Under the pieces are notes generated by a model. The model searched no databases, was not told where the DNA came from, and was given only the letters and a program-made list of their open reading frames with translations. From Octopus bimaculoides (lineage: Eukaryota), in contig NC_068992.1 of the NCBI RefSeq assembly GCF_001194135.2, forward strand, positions 46,115,122-46,171,706: a stretch of DNA of 56,585 nucleotides. Reading direction: 5' to 3'. This document shows positions 26,588 through 39,125 of the stretch, piece by piece; position 1 is the first letter of the stretch, and each line of letters starts with the position of its first letter. The translations under genes and the position numbers were made by a program.

Positions 26588-26635
26588 CTGTGATTGATGA
26601 GGAGACAACTATTCCAAAATGCTAACATCTCACAG
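26588..26635 (+). ncRNA. Minimal type I hammerhead ribozyme motif, core mutated (probably inactive)
   Basis: CTGTGA TTGATGA GGAG-ACAACTA-TTCC AAAA TG-CTAA-CA T C TCACAG. The stems are intact and the triplet is AUC, but C3 is U and G12 is A. Confidence 0.7.
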
Positions 26636-28772
26636 TCTAGGTAGGTGGCACTGCGACCTGATCTAGGTGTATACATACTATTTGTCATCAAGTGAGATAT
26701 ATTCTCCATGATAAAATGTAGTGTGTAGCTTGTTCCCCAGTTCAAACGTGCATCAAGCGTGTTTGGACTGTTGATAACATTGCACTTTCAGTTATCAATG
26801 CTTAGTGCTTCTCCTCCATGTTTATCCTTTGTCCAGCAGTGAAGATGGCACAACTGTACATGACACTTACATTATTTTCTTATTCATCAAAATTCCACAT
26901 CTTTCTACATAACTATCACAGCACTTTACTATGATGTTTACATGCAGCAGGAATCATTGGGTGATTTATGCAAATATTTTGTTTGTTTTTTTTGTTCAAT
27001 AATCCAAATACATTGACTTCATTTTTCAAAATTGATCACCTCAACTATAATATAATTGATCAATATCGATTATATCTAGCCATGCTACCCTATACCAACA
27101 TCATATCCTACCACTTTCACATCTTACTGTATCCTCATCATATTTCACTCCATCACACTACAGAACATCACATCCCACCTTACACCCTGCCACACCACAC
27201 CCTTCCTCACTCAGCAACAACCAGTTCCACACTTCCTCATAGTTCAGTTCTTGTTTTAGTGATGATGCTTCTCTCATGCAACTACGTATCCTGAATCACT
27301 GATCAACTGTGTCAATATGAACACACACACACACACACACGTAGACACACAGGTCTTCCATGCAATTTCTGTCAACAAAATTCCATTCACAAGGAATTGG
27401 CTAAATAAGGTAGCAAAGACACTTGTCATGCTCTCATTTCTGGTAACTTCGGTAAATAGTTATTCTTTTATTAAACATGACTAGTCCGGGAATTTTTTGA
27501 CCCCACTTCGTATTTAATCAACTATACTATTTACTTCTTTCTTCATTTATGACTTTGTGTCAAAGTCTCAAATCCATGTATATGAAGCAGTAACAGTATT
27601 ATCAAAACAGAATTTAACAATGTGAATCCACAGTCTACATAAGTCAATTTTGCTTTCAGTGTCAATAAATGAAGACAGCAATATCTTGGACTCAAATTAC
27701 TTGTTTGTACCATCCTCCTAGCCCTTTTGTCTGTGTACTAGCATTGCTGTTACGTAGCCCCAGTTAACCATCTCCAGCAAGCTTTCACTCAAAGACATTC
27801 TAAGTCAATGGTTCTCAACAGCTTTGACATGGCCCTTGGAGGTCCACATATGATTCTGTTGCTAAAGTTTACATGCAATAAATTGGTTATACTTCTGAAA
27901 TACTCAAACTATTTGAAGAAGTTTTTTTTAATAGAATTCCTAATGATATTTAATTACAAAAACATAATGAGAGTTTTTAAACTTCCAATGGTTATGGAAG
28001 TCCAGCAGAGTAAAATATGAATTAAAGGGTTCCATGAGTAAAAAATGTTTGAGAAACACCTTTCAAAATCATCAGCACCATTAAATTATCAAATAATTCT
28101 CTTTCTGAAAGTGGCTTAATGTGATATGAAGAAAATTTGACTAATATTTTATTTGATTACAACAACTTTGATGTCTAATTTTGCCTTCGGCTAAAATCTG
28201 CAGAGAAATCCAACCTACATTTACATCATAGAATATTTAGCACAGTCATGTCACCAAAAACTGGCTTCATGTCTTTGTTGGCAACAACATCTGTTAATTC
28301 ATCACGAGACATTCTTTAGTTTGTAGTGAAAACAATATTTAATTTATAAGAAAGCAGGAATTAAATTCTGATATGCTTCTTTCCAAATAAGTGATCTCCT
28401 GTTGCCTGTAACTTCCGCTATATAAGAGTGATGAACTCTCCAGGCAGTTATTCACTGAACTAAATAAACTCCTAGTTATAAATTTAAACATGGCTAAGCA
28501 TTTAAATCAAAATAAACATATTTAATTTTTCAGTGTATGGTTGCACAATAGATATTAAACAGTTAACTAGCTACAATATTGGTCTTCTAATAAATAGGTT
28601 TTGTGTTCAAATCCACTGAAGGAGTACATCTACGATATATCTGGCACGGGGTAATATTTTTACCTGAAGATTTTTATCTGCATCAGACTAAGATATTTTT
28701 AGAACTGCCTTTCACATTTGTAGTCATTTTTCATCAGTTATCTAATCCTATCTATGTACATGTGCATATCTT

Positions 28773-28960
28773 TTATCTTTCACTCGTTTCAGTCATTAGG
28801 CAGCAGCCATGCTGGGGCACTGCCTTGAAGAATTTTTAGTCAAATGACTCCAGAACTTAATCTTTTTGCCAACCTGCTAAGTTATGGGAACATAAACACA
28901 CCAACATTGGTTGTAAAGTAGTGGTTAGGGACAAACACAGACACAAAGACACACACTAAG
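28773..28960 (-). mobile_element. SINE S1 3' half, running into a microsatellite and gap
   Basis: gtttcagtcatt..gccatgctggggcactgccttgaag..acaccaacattggttgt matches the S1 tail. Confidence 0.75.
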
Positions 28961-29017
28961 ACATATATATATATATATATATATATGAATATATATATAC
29001 ATATATATATATACATA

Positions 29018-29164
29018 NNNNNNNNNNNNNNNNNNNNNNNNNNNNNNNNNNNNNNNNNNNNNNNNNNNNNNNNNNNNNNNNNNNNNNNNNNNNNNNNNNN
29101 NNNNNNNNNNNNNNNNNNNNNNNNNNNNNNNNNNNNNNNNNNNNNNNNNNNNNNNNNNNNNNNN
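29018..29164. other. Assembly gap
   Basis: Run of N. Confidence 0.99.
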
Positions 29165-29768
29165 GTTCGAAATTATAAGGACACAGATTGTGTCGTGTAC
29201 CAGCTGGAGGGGATGTCTCCTGGAGCTAAATTACAGCAACATTCATCCTAAACCAGGACTGCCATGTTATGTTGGCAAACAATCTTTACTACAAAGCACT
29301 GTTGTGAATATCTTACGCTGTGAGATTTAAAAATAGTAATTTTCCAAATCAGCTCCCATTGAGAAAACCTATATAACAAAAGCATGCCAGGCATGACCTC
29401 TCTGTCTCTTATTTATTCTTGTATGTTGAATGACCGTATATATACAGAGGCTCCCTTGCTTGCTCACAGTTGAGAAGGGGTTCATTGCTGGGGTACCCAG
29501 TTGAGTTGTAAAATCTCCACTAATGACATATTGATACACAAATTAAATGATGTTACAACAGCCAATGTATATGTGCTGCCACCTTGTTGTATACAGTTGC
29601 ACTAGAGCCAACAAGAGGATTAACTATCAATATGGACCACTCATTTAAACTAATAATGCTATGATGGAGAGAGAGAGAGAGAGAGAGAGAGAAGTGGGTG
29701 ATCATCATTCACTACTGTAGTGATGATGTAATGATGTGTGTTATTGTTGCGGCTGGTTGTGCATACAG

Positions 29769-29906
29769 AGCTGAGATTTAATCCTCCTCTGGAGAAAGGA
29801 ACCGCTGAGATGCAAAAATTTGTCACACCAGTCACAATAATAAAGAGAAGAGAATTAAATGAATTATTGAAACAAGAACAACAACAGGCTAAATTCTGGG
29901 GAAACA
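29769..29906 (+). CDS. Candidate coding exon (ELRFNPPLEKGTAEMQKFVTPVTIIKRRELNELLKQEQQQAKFWGN)
   Basis: cag acceptor, gtaaag donor, 138 nt, symmetric phase 1-1, purine-rich open frame with protein-like composition. Product not recognised. Confidence 0.4.
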
Positions 29907-30116
29907 GTAAAGAATTGTATTTTTTTTTTCTATGTTCCAAGATTGCATTTCTTTGCAGTATAAAAGCATCAATATCTGACACTAATATTGAAGATTATTT
30001 GAATTGCAGAGTTAATGCTAGGGTTCTGGAAATATGTGTGATTGCTATAAATATAATATTGTAATAAATTTGTGTCATGTATTTTGGGAAGTCACATGTT
30101 CATGTGCATATGGACA

Positions 30117-30173
<57 letters not shown>

Positions 30174-30268
30174 GTTTGTATGAATATACATGTGTTTGTG
30201 AATATGTGTATGTTAGTATGTATGCATGTATATGTATATATGTATGTATACATACATACATATATATA

Positions 30269-30415
30269 NNNNNNNNNNNNNNNNNNNNNNNNNNNNNNNN
30301 NNNNNNNNNNNNNNNNNNNNNNNNNNNNNNNNNNNNNNNNNNNNNNNNNNNNNNNNNNNNNNNNNNNNNNNNNNNNNNNNNNNNNNNNNNNNNNNNNNNN
30401 NNNNNNNNNNNNNNN
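30269..30415. other. Assembly gap
   Basis: Run of N. Confidence 0.99.
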
Positions 30416-30453
<38 letters not shown>

Positions 30454-31710
30454 GCAGACACTTCATGTAGAGAGGTACTTCAAATTAAATAGTTGGTGAC
30501 CATTAAAATTAATTTGCTATTTTATCTCGAACAGATTTTCAAAGTTTAATAATATTCAAACCATAAATATAATATAAAGGAAAATTGTGAAGAAAGAACA
30601 ACAAAAACCATTCCCCACCTCCTTTGCCAGAAAAAAAAAAAAAGCACACATGCAAAATATTTTTGATAATTTTATGTCAAGAACAAATTTCCAATCCCCA
30701 AAAGACTATGGTAATATCTAATTCGTCTTTCTCTAGAATTATATCATGCTCGATGTACACGCTTGTTAAAATGTGTATTTCGAACAATGCAGTTGACATT
30801 TTCCATCCGAAAGATTGCATTAAATCTAGAAATCTTACAATAGCAATAAAAATATTTAGAAAATAAAAATCAATGTTTAAAAAGTATAATTCTGTTGTAG
30901 ATTACTCTCAGGAACAGAACGAATCGATAGATTTTTAAGATTTTATAGGATTTTACTGTTTTTCAGTTTGTTTCATCATTTTATTAATTTTACTTTATTT
31001 TTATTAGGGAAGATTTATTATTGTTATTGTTATTATTATTATCATCATCATCACCGTATTATTGTTGTTATGATTGTCATTATTATTGTTATTCTTATTC
31101 TTACTATGATTGTCATTATTACTGTTATCATTATTGTTTTCATTACTATTATTTTTATTAATTTTGTTGTTTATGTGTTTCTTTCCACAAGGTTATTTGG
31201 AAAAGTTTGCTTTTATTTATGATTTCTGAAACAAAGAAGTAGAGATCTTATAGCTTCTATTTACCTCTTATTTTTCCTTATTTTCTTTCTACTCCCTCCT
31301 ACATCCCTGTGTGTGTGTGTGCATGTGTCTGTGTGCATGTGTCTGTGTGTGTGTGTGTTTTGTTCTTGTTTGTATGTTTATTTTAGTGCTCTGAACTCTA
31401 CAACAAGCAGTCGTCCATCAATGAATTATGAACGCAATTATACTGCACTGAGAAAATGCAATCTGCAACGAAGGAACATAGAATGCATGCATGCTAGATT
31501 ACCTTTTTGCCACCCTATACTCCCACCATCACCCATATGTCTCCCTCTTCCTCCTCCTCCCCTCCTACCTCCACATTCTTCCTCCTCTTCTATTCTCCCC
31601 ACCTTTATCCCTACAACTCTCCCCTCTTTCTGTTCCTCTGCATAGTTCCAGTTTACTTGTTGCAAAAACAAGTCCAAGGAAATTCTAATTGAAAATCTGA
31701 TATGCCTCCG

Positions 31711-31746
<36 letters not shown>

Positions 31747-32959
31747 TCTCTCTCGCTCGCTCTCCCCCTTTTAAGGTGGAGTAAATGTGAGGTGGTTAAT
31801 GTAGTGGATTTGTCATGTATAGTTCAGCAGATCAAGCCGTCATTGCCACAAGCATCAGTGCACCATTGTGGAACTCCCTTATTTATGCATCTTTTCTTAA
31901 TCAACTTGCCTTATTTTCCTGAGTTCCTGCCTACAACAACAACCAAAAAGAAATCCCTGTAAAAAACAAGAGGAAGAGAAAAGAAAGAAAAATCACCTAG
32001 CGCTGAAAGCTAAACTAGTAAAATAGCTACAATAGCTACTGATTTCCCATTATATGGTTGAGTGGTTATTGCTAGGAAACACAACGAACTGTAAAAACAC
32101 CTGGCTTAACAATTCATGCAAATATTTAAGTGTGCAGAACCATCCTAGCAAGGAACAATGGAAAGAAAAATAGGAAATTTAAAATAAAAAGACAAAAGTG
32201 AAATAAAATTCTAAAAAAATATATAATATAAATTTAGAGGTAAAAAAGAAAACTTGATTTTGAATTTGCATGAAAGAGACATTAAAATTTAACCTCTTCA
32301 ATTTAGATTGAAAATACTTTTGAGACTTTTCCAGGTCGTCTAATCAATGTTGATAAAACTAAAAAGGGGTTATCTTGCCAGATCTTTTCAGATCCATCTT
32401 CATGCCATCAGTAACTCATTAGGAGTAATGTGAACATGTTTACCAAAGCAGCTTTGCTTCCAACTTCAAACTATTCAAGTTACCTGTTTTTACCTCAACT
32501 TACCTGTCTTTAGTACATTTCATATTACATTTTTTTGCCTTTACAGCACATCAAATTACCTGTCTTTAATCCCTTAACACCCTAGGTTCCCTGTCTGTCT
32601 ATCTCTACTATACATATTACCTGTTTTTCAACCCTTTCCACATGCCACATAACCTCCTTTTCAATGCTTTACCCCCCCCCCCCCTTTATTATCTTTCTAT
32701 CTCTTCTATAGACCATATTGCATATCTTTCTACCCCTCTGTACCAAGTCTCCAGTTTTTCAGCCTCCGAAGACAGAATGAAAACTACTTGCATTAAAGAC
32801 CACCACACTAACTAATAATGGTCAATCCTTTCTACAGGCTTTCACTGATACTTATGGATTAGAAAACCCCATGAATTAAAGTTTATTACTCACCCTCTCT
32901 TTATATTGAAGAGAATGTGGTGACAGCGACATAGATCTGTTAGAAACTGCAGATCAGAA

Positions 32960-33330
32960 TGTTCTGGACCACGCTACTACAATCATTAACCTCTTCACAA
33001 ACATCATAACTAAAATCTTAAACTCTGCATTCAGAGGAGATACAGGCCATAAATTGTTGATAATGTCTCTCTTGTTGGCAGCCTTCCTCAGCAGTGCTAC
33101 CGAACAAAGCTAGTAAATACTTTTACTTGGTTGCCAGTTGTAGCAGATGTCTGCCCAGAGAATGGCGAACCATTCTGGCATGTATCCATAAATCTGTTAG
33201 AATAGAATATCCAAAGCAGATGAATTGCTGCTTTCACAACCACTGGTTTCTGACTATGTCTGAGTTAGTTTTAGGTTTTTCACAACAATCCACCCTTTCG
33301 GCCACAAGCTGTAACAGACTTTTGACATAG
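32960..33330 (+). mobile_element. Possible highly decayed Gypsy RT fragment
   Basis: The order KLCI, SKYF, FWHVSI, IAAFTT across frames resembles RLCIDYR..KYFS.LDL.SGYWQV..TAFTT. Confidence 0.3.
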
Positions 33331-35167
33331 GCTCCGAACTTCATCACTATATGGTTCATCATGAGCTGGTAGTCAAATTAGTGCTAGAAAATCACACACA
33401 CACACAAACTCAGAATTAAGTAACTTCCTCTAAGTCCTAGTCGTAGTTTTGTTATGATGTACATCTGCCAACTGAATCCACCAAGCATCTTTTCTTGTTC
33501 TTGTGTCTAAGACAGAGAAATGTGGTTCTCCACTACCTTTCTTTCTTCTACACTTCTCCAACTTTTCAGAATAAAGAGCTCACAAGTGGCTCTTGTGACC
33601 ATAGGTATAACACCTTGGTTTTCAGCTTCGTATCATTAGTGTTGTGCTCTTTGTGTCAACATGGCAAAACTTTTTGTGGTCCTCCTATCTATCTAGAGCT
33701 TCAATTATCAAGAGCTTTAATTATGAACATACTCTACCCTGGCAACAATGACGATGATGACTCTCCTGTTATGCCTACTAACTGCTAAACTGACTGAATC
33801 ATCAAAAGTTAACTGTCTAAACTTCGGACAGATTGCAGTTTTGATGCAATGGTCTTTCGTGTTTTGTACATTACACTATTGACTCAACCATATCATATGT
33901 GTGTGTGGGCATGAAACTGTGTGCATTTTGGTCCTTTAGTTCAATTAGACTAATATAGCCAGGCTATACAAGACAGCACCATAATGTGTTTGTTTACACA
34001 CACACACACACACAAATATACATATGCAAACAGCTGTGTCTGTATACATATACTCAATCACGTGTATATTACATACATAAAGACTAAAATTCTAACCTCA
34101 CTGACTGGCAATATATTAAATTATCTGTAAATATAGCTTTATATTAGGTTTAATAATGGAGGAGTTGTGCTTTAATATTTCACATCAAAACTTCAGATTA
34201 ATTAACTTAAAACACCAGAAAGTCCTTAGTTGAGGTCAACTTGGTTCTGTTTCCCTTGTGACCTGCTGAAAACTAGTGAAGGTTTGAGATAATCTAATAC
34301 AGAAAGAGCAATGGTTGTTCCCAACTTTCATTTAAGTCACATTTGTTCATATTACGATAATTTAATTTTTTAACATTTGGTGTCTGTAAAACTAGAGAGG
34401 AAATTTGGCGCTTGAGTGAAGAATGAACAGTAAATTTTATAAATGTTTGTTGTTATGTGGCATCAAGGTTTTATTTGATCTCTAAGTTACATACATACAG
34501 CCACACATACACACATAATCACACACACACACACACATGGTGATGATGATGGTGGTGGTGGTGGTGGTGGTGGTGATGGTGATGATGGTGGTGATGGTGG
34601 TGGTAATGATGGTAATGATGGAGATGATGATGGTGATGATGGTGACGATGATGACGATGATGATGATGGTGTTGATGATTTGTATCATGAGTTCAAATCC
34701 AGCCAAAGGCATTCTTGCTTCTCATTATTTTGAGTATTGTTAAATTGAAGTTCCTGCAAGGAAGGTTGACCTTTCCCCACTATAACCTCCCCCCCACACA
34801 CACACACCCAAAAGGCCATGGCATTGTACATAAGAAATCACTATTTCAAGTAGTTTCAAGAATTCTTGCTTCTGTCCAACAACAATGACCCTTAAAAATC
34901 AATGGTGAGATCTTAATCTCGGTCCTCAGCCTTAATACAGCTTATATCATTTTGTTTCAAACATGAACCCATTGAGCACAATAAGGACACCCAATATTTC
35001 CAGCAAATACTTTTATAGTTGAGCTATTAAATGATTGCTTAATCCCTCTTTATCCTACCTAATACCATTCGGGATTTCCACTAAAATGGAACATTCTTCT
35101 CCAATGAAGGTATTACTCGACAACTTACAACCTACAACAATAGTTGAATGTGTCAGTTATCACTATC

Positions 35168-35226
<59 letters not shown>

Positions 35227-35759
35227 TATCTCCATTTCTGTTTCTTGGTCTGTTTCTTCATAATCCAAACCAACCTCCTATTATATTAAATTTCTCTCTT
35301 TGTTTACCATTTATTTTCTGCTTTCCTGATGTTTCCATTCTATTCCCTACTTTGTAAAACCATTCTTCTTGTCATCATAAACAACAGATATTCAAAGTGA
35401 GTTCTCCATTTTATCTGTATTCAATAGGAATGAATCAACTGTCGTAGTATTTAAAGTACTTTTCTATGTTAAATTATTTGCTGTTTTCAGCTAGAGAAAA
35501 CATACAGAAAGAACAAAATATATCTACAAAAGAACACAACAACAGAAATCCCAAGAAACAATTTGCTATCTCTCTTGAGAAAGAGAGAGAGAGAGAGAGA
35601 AAGAGCAAGAAAGAGAGAGAGAAAGAGATCTGAAGAGAGGATAACAACATCTTATTGAATCTGGGAAATTTAAAACATGTTGCAAACTATTTGTTAACAG
35701 ATTAGCAAATGAGAATGAATTTTGTTGCTAAAATCCACAAAGTACTGAATATTTTCTAT

Positions 35760-36353
35760 NNNNNNNNNNNNNNNNNNNNNNNNNNNNNNNNNNNNNNNNN
35801 NNNNNNNNNNNNNNNNNNNNNNNNNNNNNNNNNNNNNNNNNNNNNNNNNNNNNNNNNNNNNNNNNNNNNNNNNNNNNNNNNNNNNNNNNNNNNNNNNNNN
35901 NNNNNNNNNNNNNNNNNNNNNNNNNNNNNNNNNNNNNNNNNNNNNNNNNNNNNNNNNNNNNNNNNNNNNNNNNNNNNNNNNNNNNNNNNNNNNNNNNNNN
36001 NNNNNNNNNNNNNNNNNNNNNNNNNNNNNNNNNNNNNNNNNNNNNNNNNNNNNNNNNNNNNNNNNNNNNNNNNNNNNNNNNNNNNNNNNNNNNNNNNNNN
36101 NNNNNNNNNNNNNNNNNNNNNNNNNNNNNNNNNNNNNNNNNNNNNNNNNNNNNNNNNNNNNNNNNNNNNNNNNNNNNNNNNNNNNNNNNNNNNNNNNNNN
36201 NNNNNNNNNNNNNNNNNNNNNNNNNNNNNNNNNNNNNNNNNNNNNNNNNNNNNNNNNNNNNNNNNNNNNNNNNNNNNNNNNNNNNNNNNNNNNNNNNNNN
36301 NNNNNNNNNNNNNNNNNNNNNNNNNNNNNNNNNNNNNNNNNNNNNNNNNNNNN
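35760..36353. other. Assembly gap
   Basis: Run of N. Confidence 0.99.
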
Positions 36354-36388
<35 letters not shown>

Positions 36389-36497
36389 TACAATTATACA
36401 TCCATACACGTACATATACATACATGAGCACTGGGGTCAATGGAATTGACTTAGCTGCTCCTCTGAACTTACTAGCCTTGAGCCAAAATTTAAAATC

Positions 36498-36557
<60 letters not shown>

Positions 36558-36560
36558 GCC

Positions 36561-36632
36561 AGTGACATTTAAAAGGCACCTGTGACAGTGACACTTAACA
36601 GGCACCTGTGATGAGTGACATGTAAAAGGCAT
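36561..36632. repeat. Three ~26-nt tandem units agtgacatttaaaaggcacctgtgac, probably an S2 internal repeat remnant
   Basis: The reverse complement resembles the ttttacgtgccacc.. units of S2. Confidence 0.55.
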
Positions 36633-37173
36633 GATTTCATTTAAATAAAACCCTTCATTCAATAGCACCTTGTACAAACTCTATGCTTGGAATGACCAAA
36701 ATTAAATACTATTAGATTTTATTCACAAGGTATTGGAATCTTATATGTATACCATTCTGCGTAAATAATGGATCTACAATTGCAATATCCCTGCATATTT
36801 CACATCTATTTTCATTCTTCCACTCCACTCTCTATTTCGTATCTTATCTAAATTAACTGTTGCTTAACAATTTTCTCACACTGTCTCCAATGAAGAGATA
36901 TAATAAATATCCTGGAAACAGATGTAAGACCTTCTATTTATAAATGTTCTAAAATCTTCACAGCCTAGGTTTATAATCTCATTCTGAAAAAAAAAAATTT
37001 TTATTTATACACATGCTGATATATAGCCTATGTTGGACTCCTCATAAGCACAATCACCGAACCTGGAGCTTAACCATGGTCTGTTCATAGCACTTACTCA
37101 GCATTACCTGAAACCTTTGGGTCTTACTGACACCATTACCTCTCATAACCTATATATATATATATATGTGTGA

Positions 37174-37212
<39 letters not shown>

Positions 37213-37261
37213 TTAAACTGAACTAGTTTCAGCTCATGAGCTATCATTTGGTGTTGCTATG

Positions 37262-37340
<79 letters not shown>

Positions 37341-37947
37341 ATCAGCAGAAGTTACAGTATGACTTAAAACTAAGAATCTTGTACATAGGTACCAATGCAC
37401 AAAAATCTCAGCCCTTAAGTCACTGTAACTTCTGATGAGGTGTGTGTGTGTGTATACACACACACATTAGCTTTACCAGATTCAATTGAAATTATGCCAT
37501 TTATTTATTTTTTTCATTTTTGTATATTTGTTCCTAGATGTGTCGCTATGTTATTGACAGCAATTTAGTAAAAGATAAACATCAAGTAATTTGCATATAA
37601 ATTGTAAAACTACTCTTGTTTATATACTGCCCACCTGAATAACTTTGCTGTCTGAAGCCTATCAAAACATGAAAGCTTGTGTGAATGGAAAATTATGGTT
37701 AATGTTTGTCAATAGAAAATAATCACGTAATTATGTGACATTGATTATAATTATTGAAGAATCTATTCTGTGTAATATTTACATGTACAGTTTAGAAAAC
37801 TATAGCTGGCAGGAGATAATAAATTGAACGCTCAATGTTAATATAATATATATATTGTGTGTGAATCTTTTATATAATTAGTTCAGAATTGTGTTTAGAT
37901 TTTGTTGGCAACTAAATTAAATTGAATGAATGTTGAGAAAATCAAAT

Positions 37948-38270
37948 GCCATAATTACTTCTGCATAGTACAGTATCAGAAATAGAGAGATTGGTTTATA
38001 GTCATTAAACTTCTATATAGTACAGTATCAGAAATAGACGGATAGGCCCATAGCCATTAGATTTCTATATATACTGTATCAGAAATATAGAGATACACTT
38101 AAGTCCATTAACTTCTATAGAGTATAGTTTCAGAAATGCCCATACAGACTAATAGCCATTAAAGTTTTGTATTGTGCAGTATCACAAATGCTAAGACTGA
38201 TGCATAGCCATTAAACACCTTTCTTACTACAGTATCAGATATTGAAATGCAGATCAACAGCCATTAAATT
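37948..38270. repeat. ~50-53 bp minisatellite, 6-7 units with a conserved core and variable linker
   Basis: The core gccattaaacttctatatagtacagtatcagaaat recurs with about 17 divergent nt between copies. Confidence 0.8.
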
Positions 38271-38559
38271 TCAGTTTGGCTGTGAGGTACTTCGATGTCA
38301 GTTCAGAATGTGTTTATTGAGAAATGTAGGAATCCTCTTGTTGGAGAAACAATTCCTCTCCTAGTCATGATGATTGATTGACTCTTGGGGGGACAGTGAT
38401 GCAAACATGAACCAAGAGAGCCTACATCTTATGTTTACAGCTCATATTATGCGTGCTATGAGAATCTTGAGGATGAATACATGGCTGAAAAGGACAGAGA
38501 CATGATAGACTGCCAATGCCAAGTTGGACACCAATCAGAGGTAAATGAACTTCATGCGA

Positions 38560-38760
38560 AATCTGATAGCCTTTTAGTGTCACTGGAAATGATATTGCTG
38601 GTGATTTTCTCACACAAATGAATGGTGGCATTCTTCCTTACCAGATGGTCTTATTTGGCTTCCAGGTACTCTTGGATGGTTTTTGGGTGAACGAGTGAAC
38701 CAAAAATGTAGGCATCATCCATGCGAGTCAGCCAAATTTTGTTCAAGACAGATCATAATG
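38560..38760 (-). mobile_element. Penelope-like RT remnant
   Basis: NKIWLTRMDDAYIF..IQEYLEAK*DH resembles the PLE motif IWxRYxDDIFxIW..LxEFLxxLN. Confidence 0.4.
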
Positions 38761-38874
38761 CCACATCATCATCATCAAATTGATTACCATTTTAATTCAA
38801 ATTTATTTCCAACTTGGTTAAGTTTATCTTGAGTCCATGGAACAATAAGCCTAGTGTACGTTAATGAAATTACA

Positions 38875-39125
38875 GATTGATAAAGATTAATGTGATTGAT
38901 AGGGATTAAAGCAATTAATAGCAATTAATGAGATTGATCATGGTTTATGAAATTGATGGAGGTTAGTGAGATTGTTTGAGGTTAATGAGATCCATTCATG
39001 TTAATGAGGTTAATGATATACCAGATAGCAAGTGTGTTAGAGATTTTGAGAGCACTGAAGCTGATAGAGGTTAATGAAATAGGGGTTAATGTATCAAGGG
39101 TTAATGAATTTGATAGAGATTAAAG
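38875..39125. repeat. Degenerate ~18-bp minisatellite (gaggttaatgagattgata)
   Basis: Recurrent gttaatga units. Confidence 0.7.

Larger units (their letters stand above)
26359..26784. repeat. 426-bp rearranged palindrome, probably a Penelope-type inverted terminal repeat element
   Basis: The structure is A-B-C-B'-C'-A'. The arms match with mostly transition (CpG-decay-type) differences. Confidence 0.9.

Noticed and set aside
29165-29290. GIY-YIG fragment (CVVYQL..CYVGK)
   Set aside because: The spacing between the motifs is wrong and there is no further support.
3555-37440. Other CTGATGA words (about 3556, 14475, 25155, 37434) as hammerheads
   Set aside because: None has a stem II followed by GAAA or complementary stem I arms.
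37948-38270. CRISPR array
   Set aside because: The context is eukaryotic, the repeats are degenerate, the linkers are short and related, and there are no cas genes.
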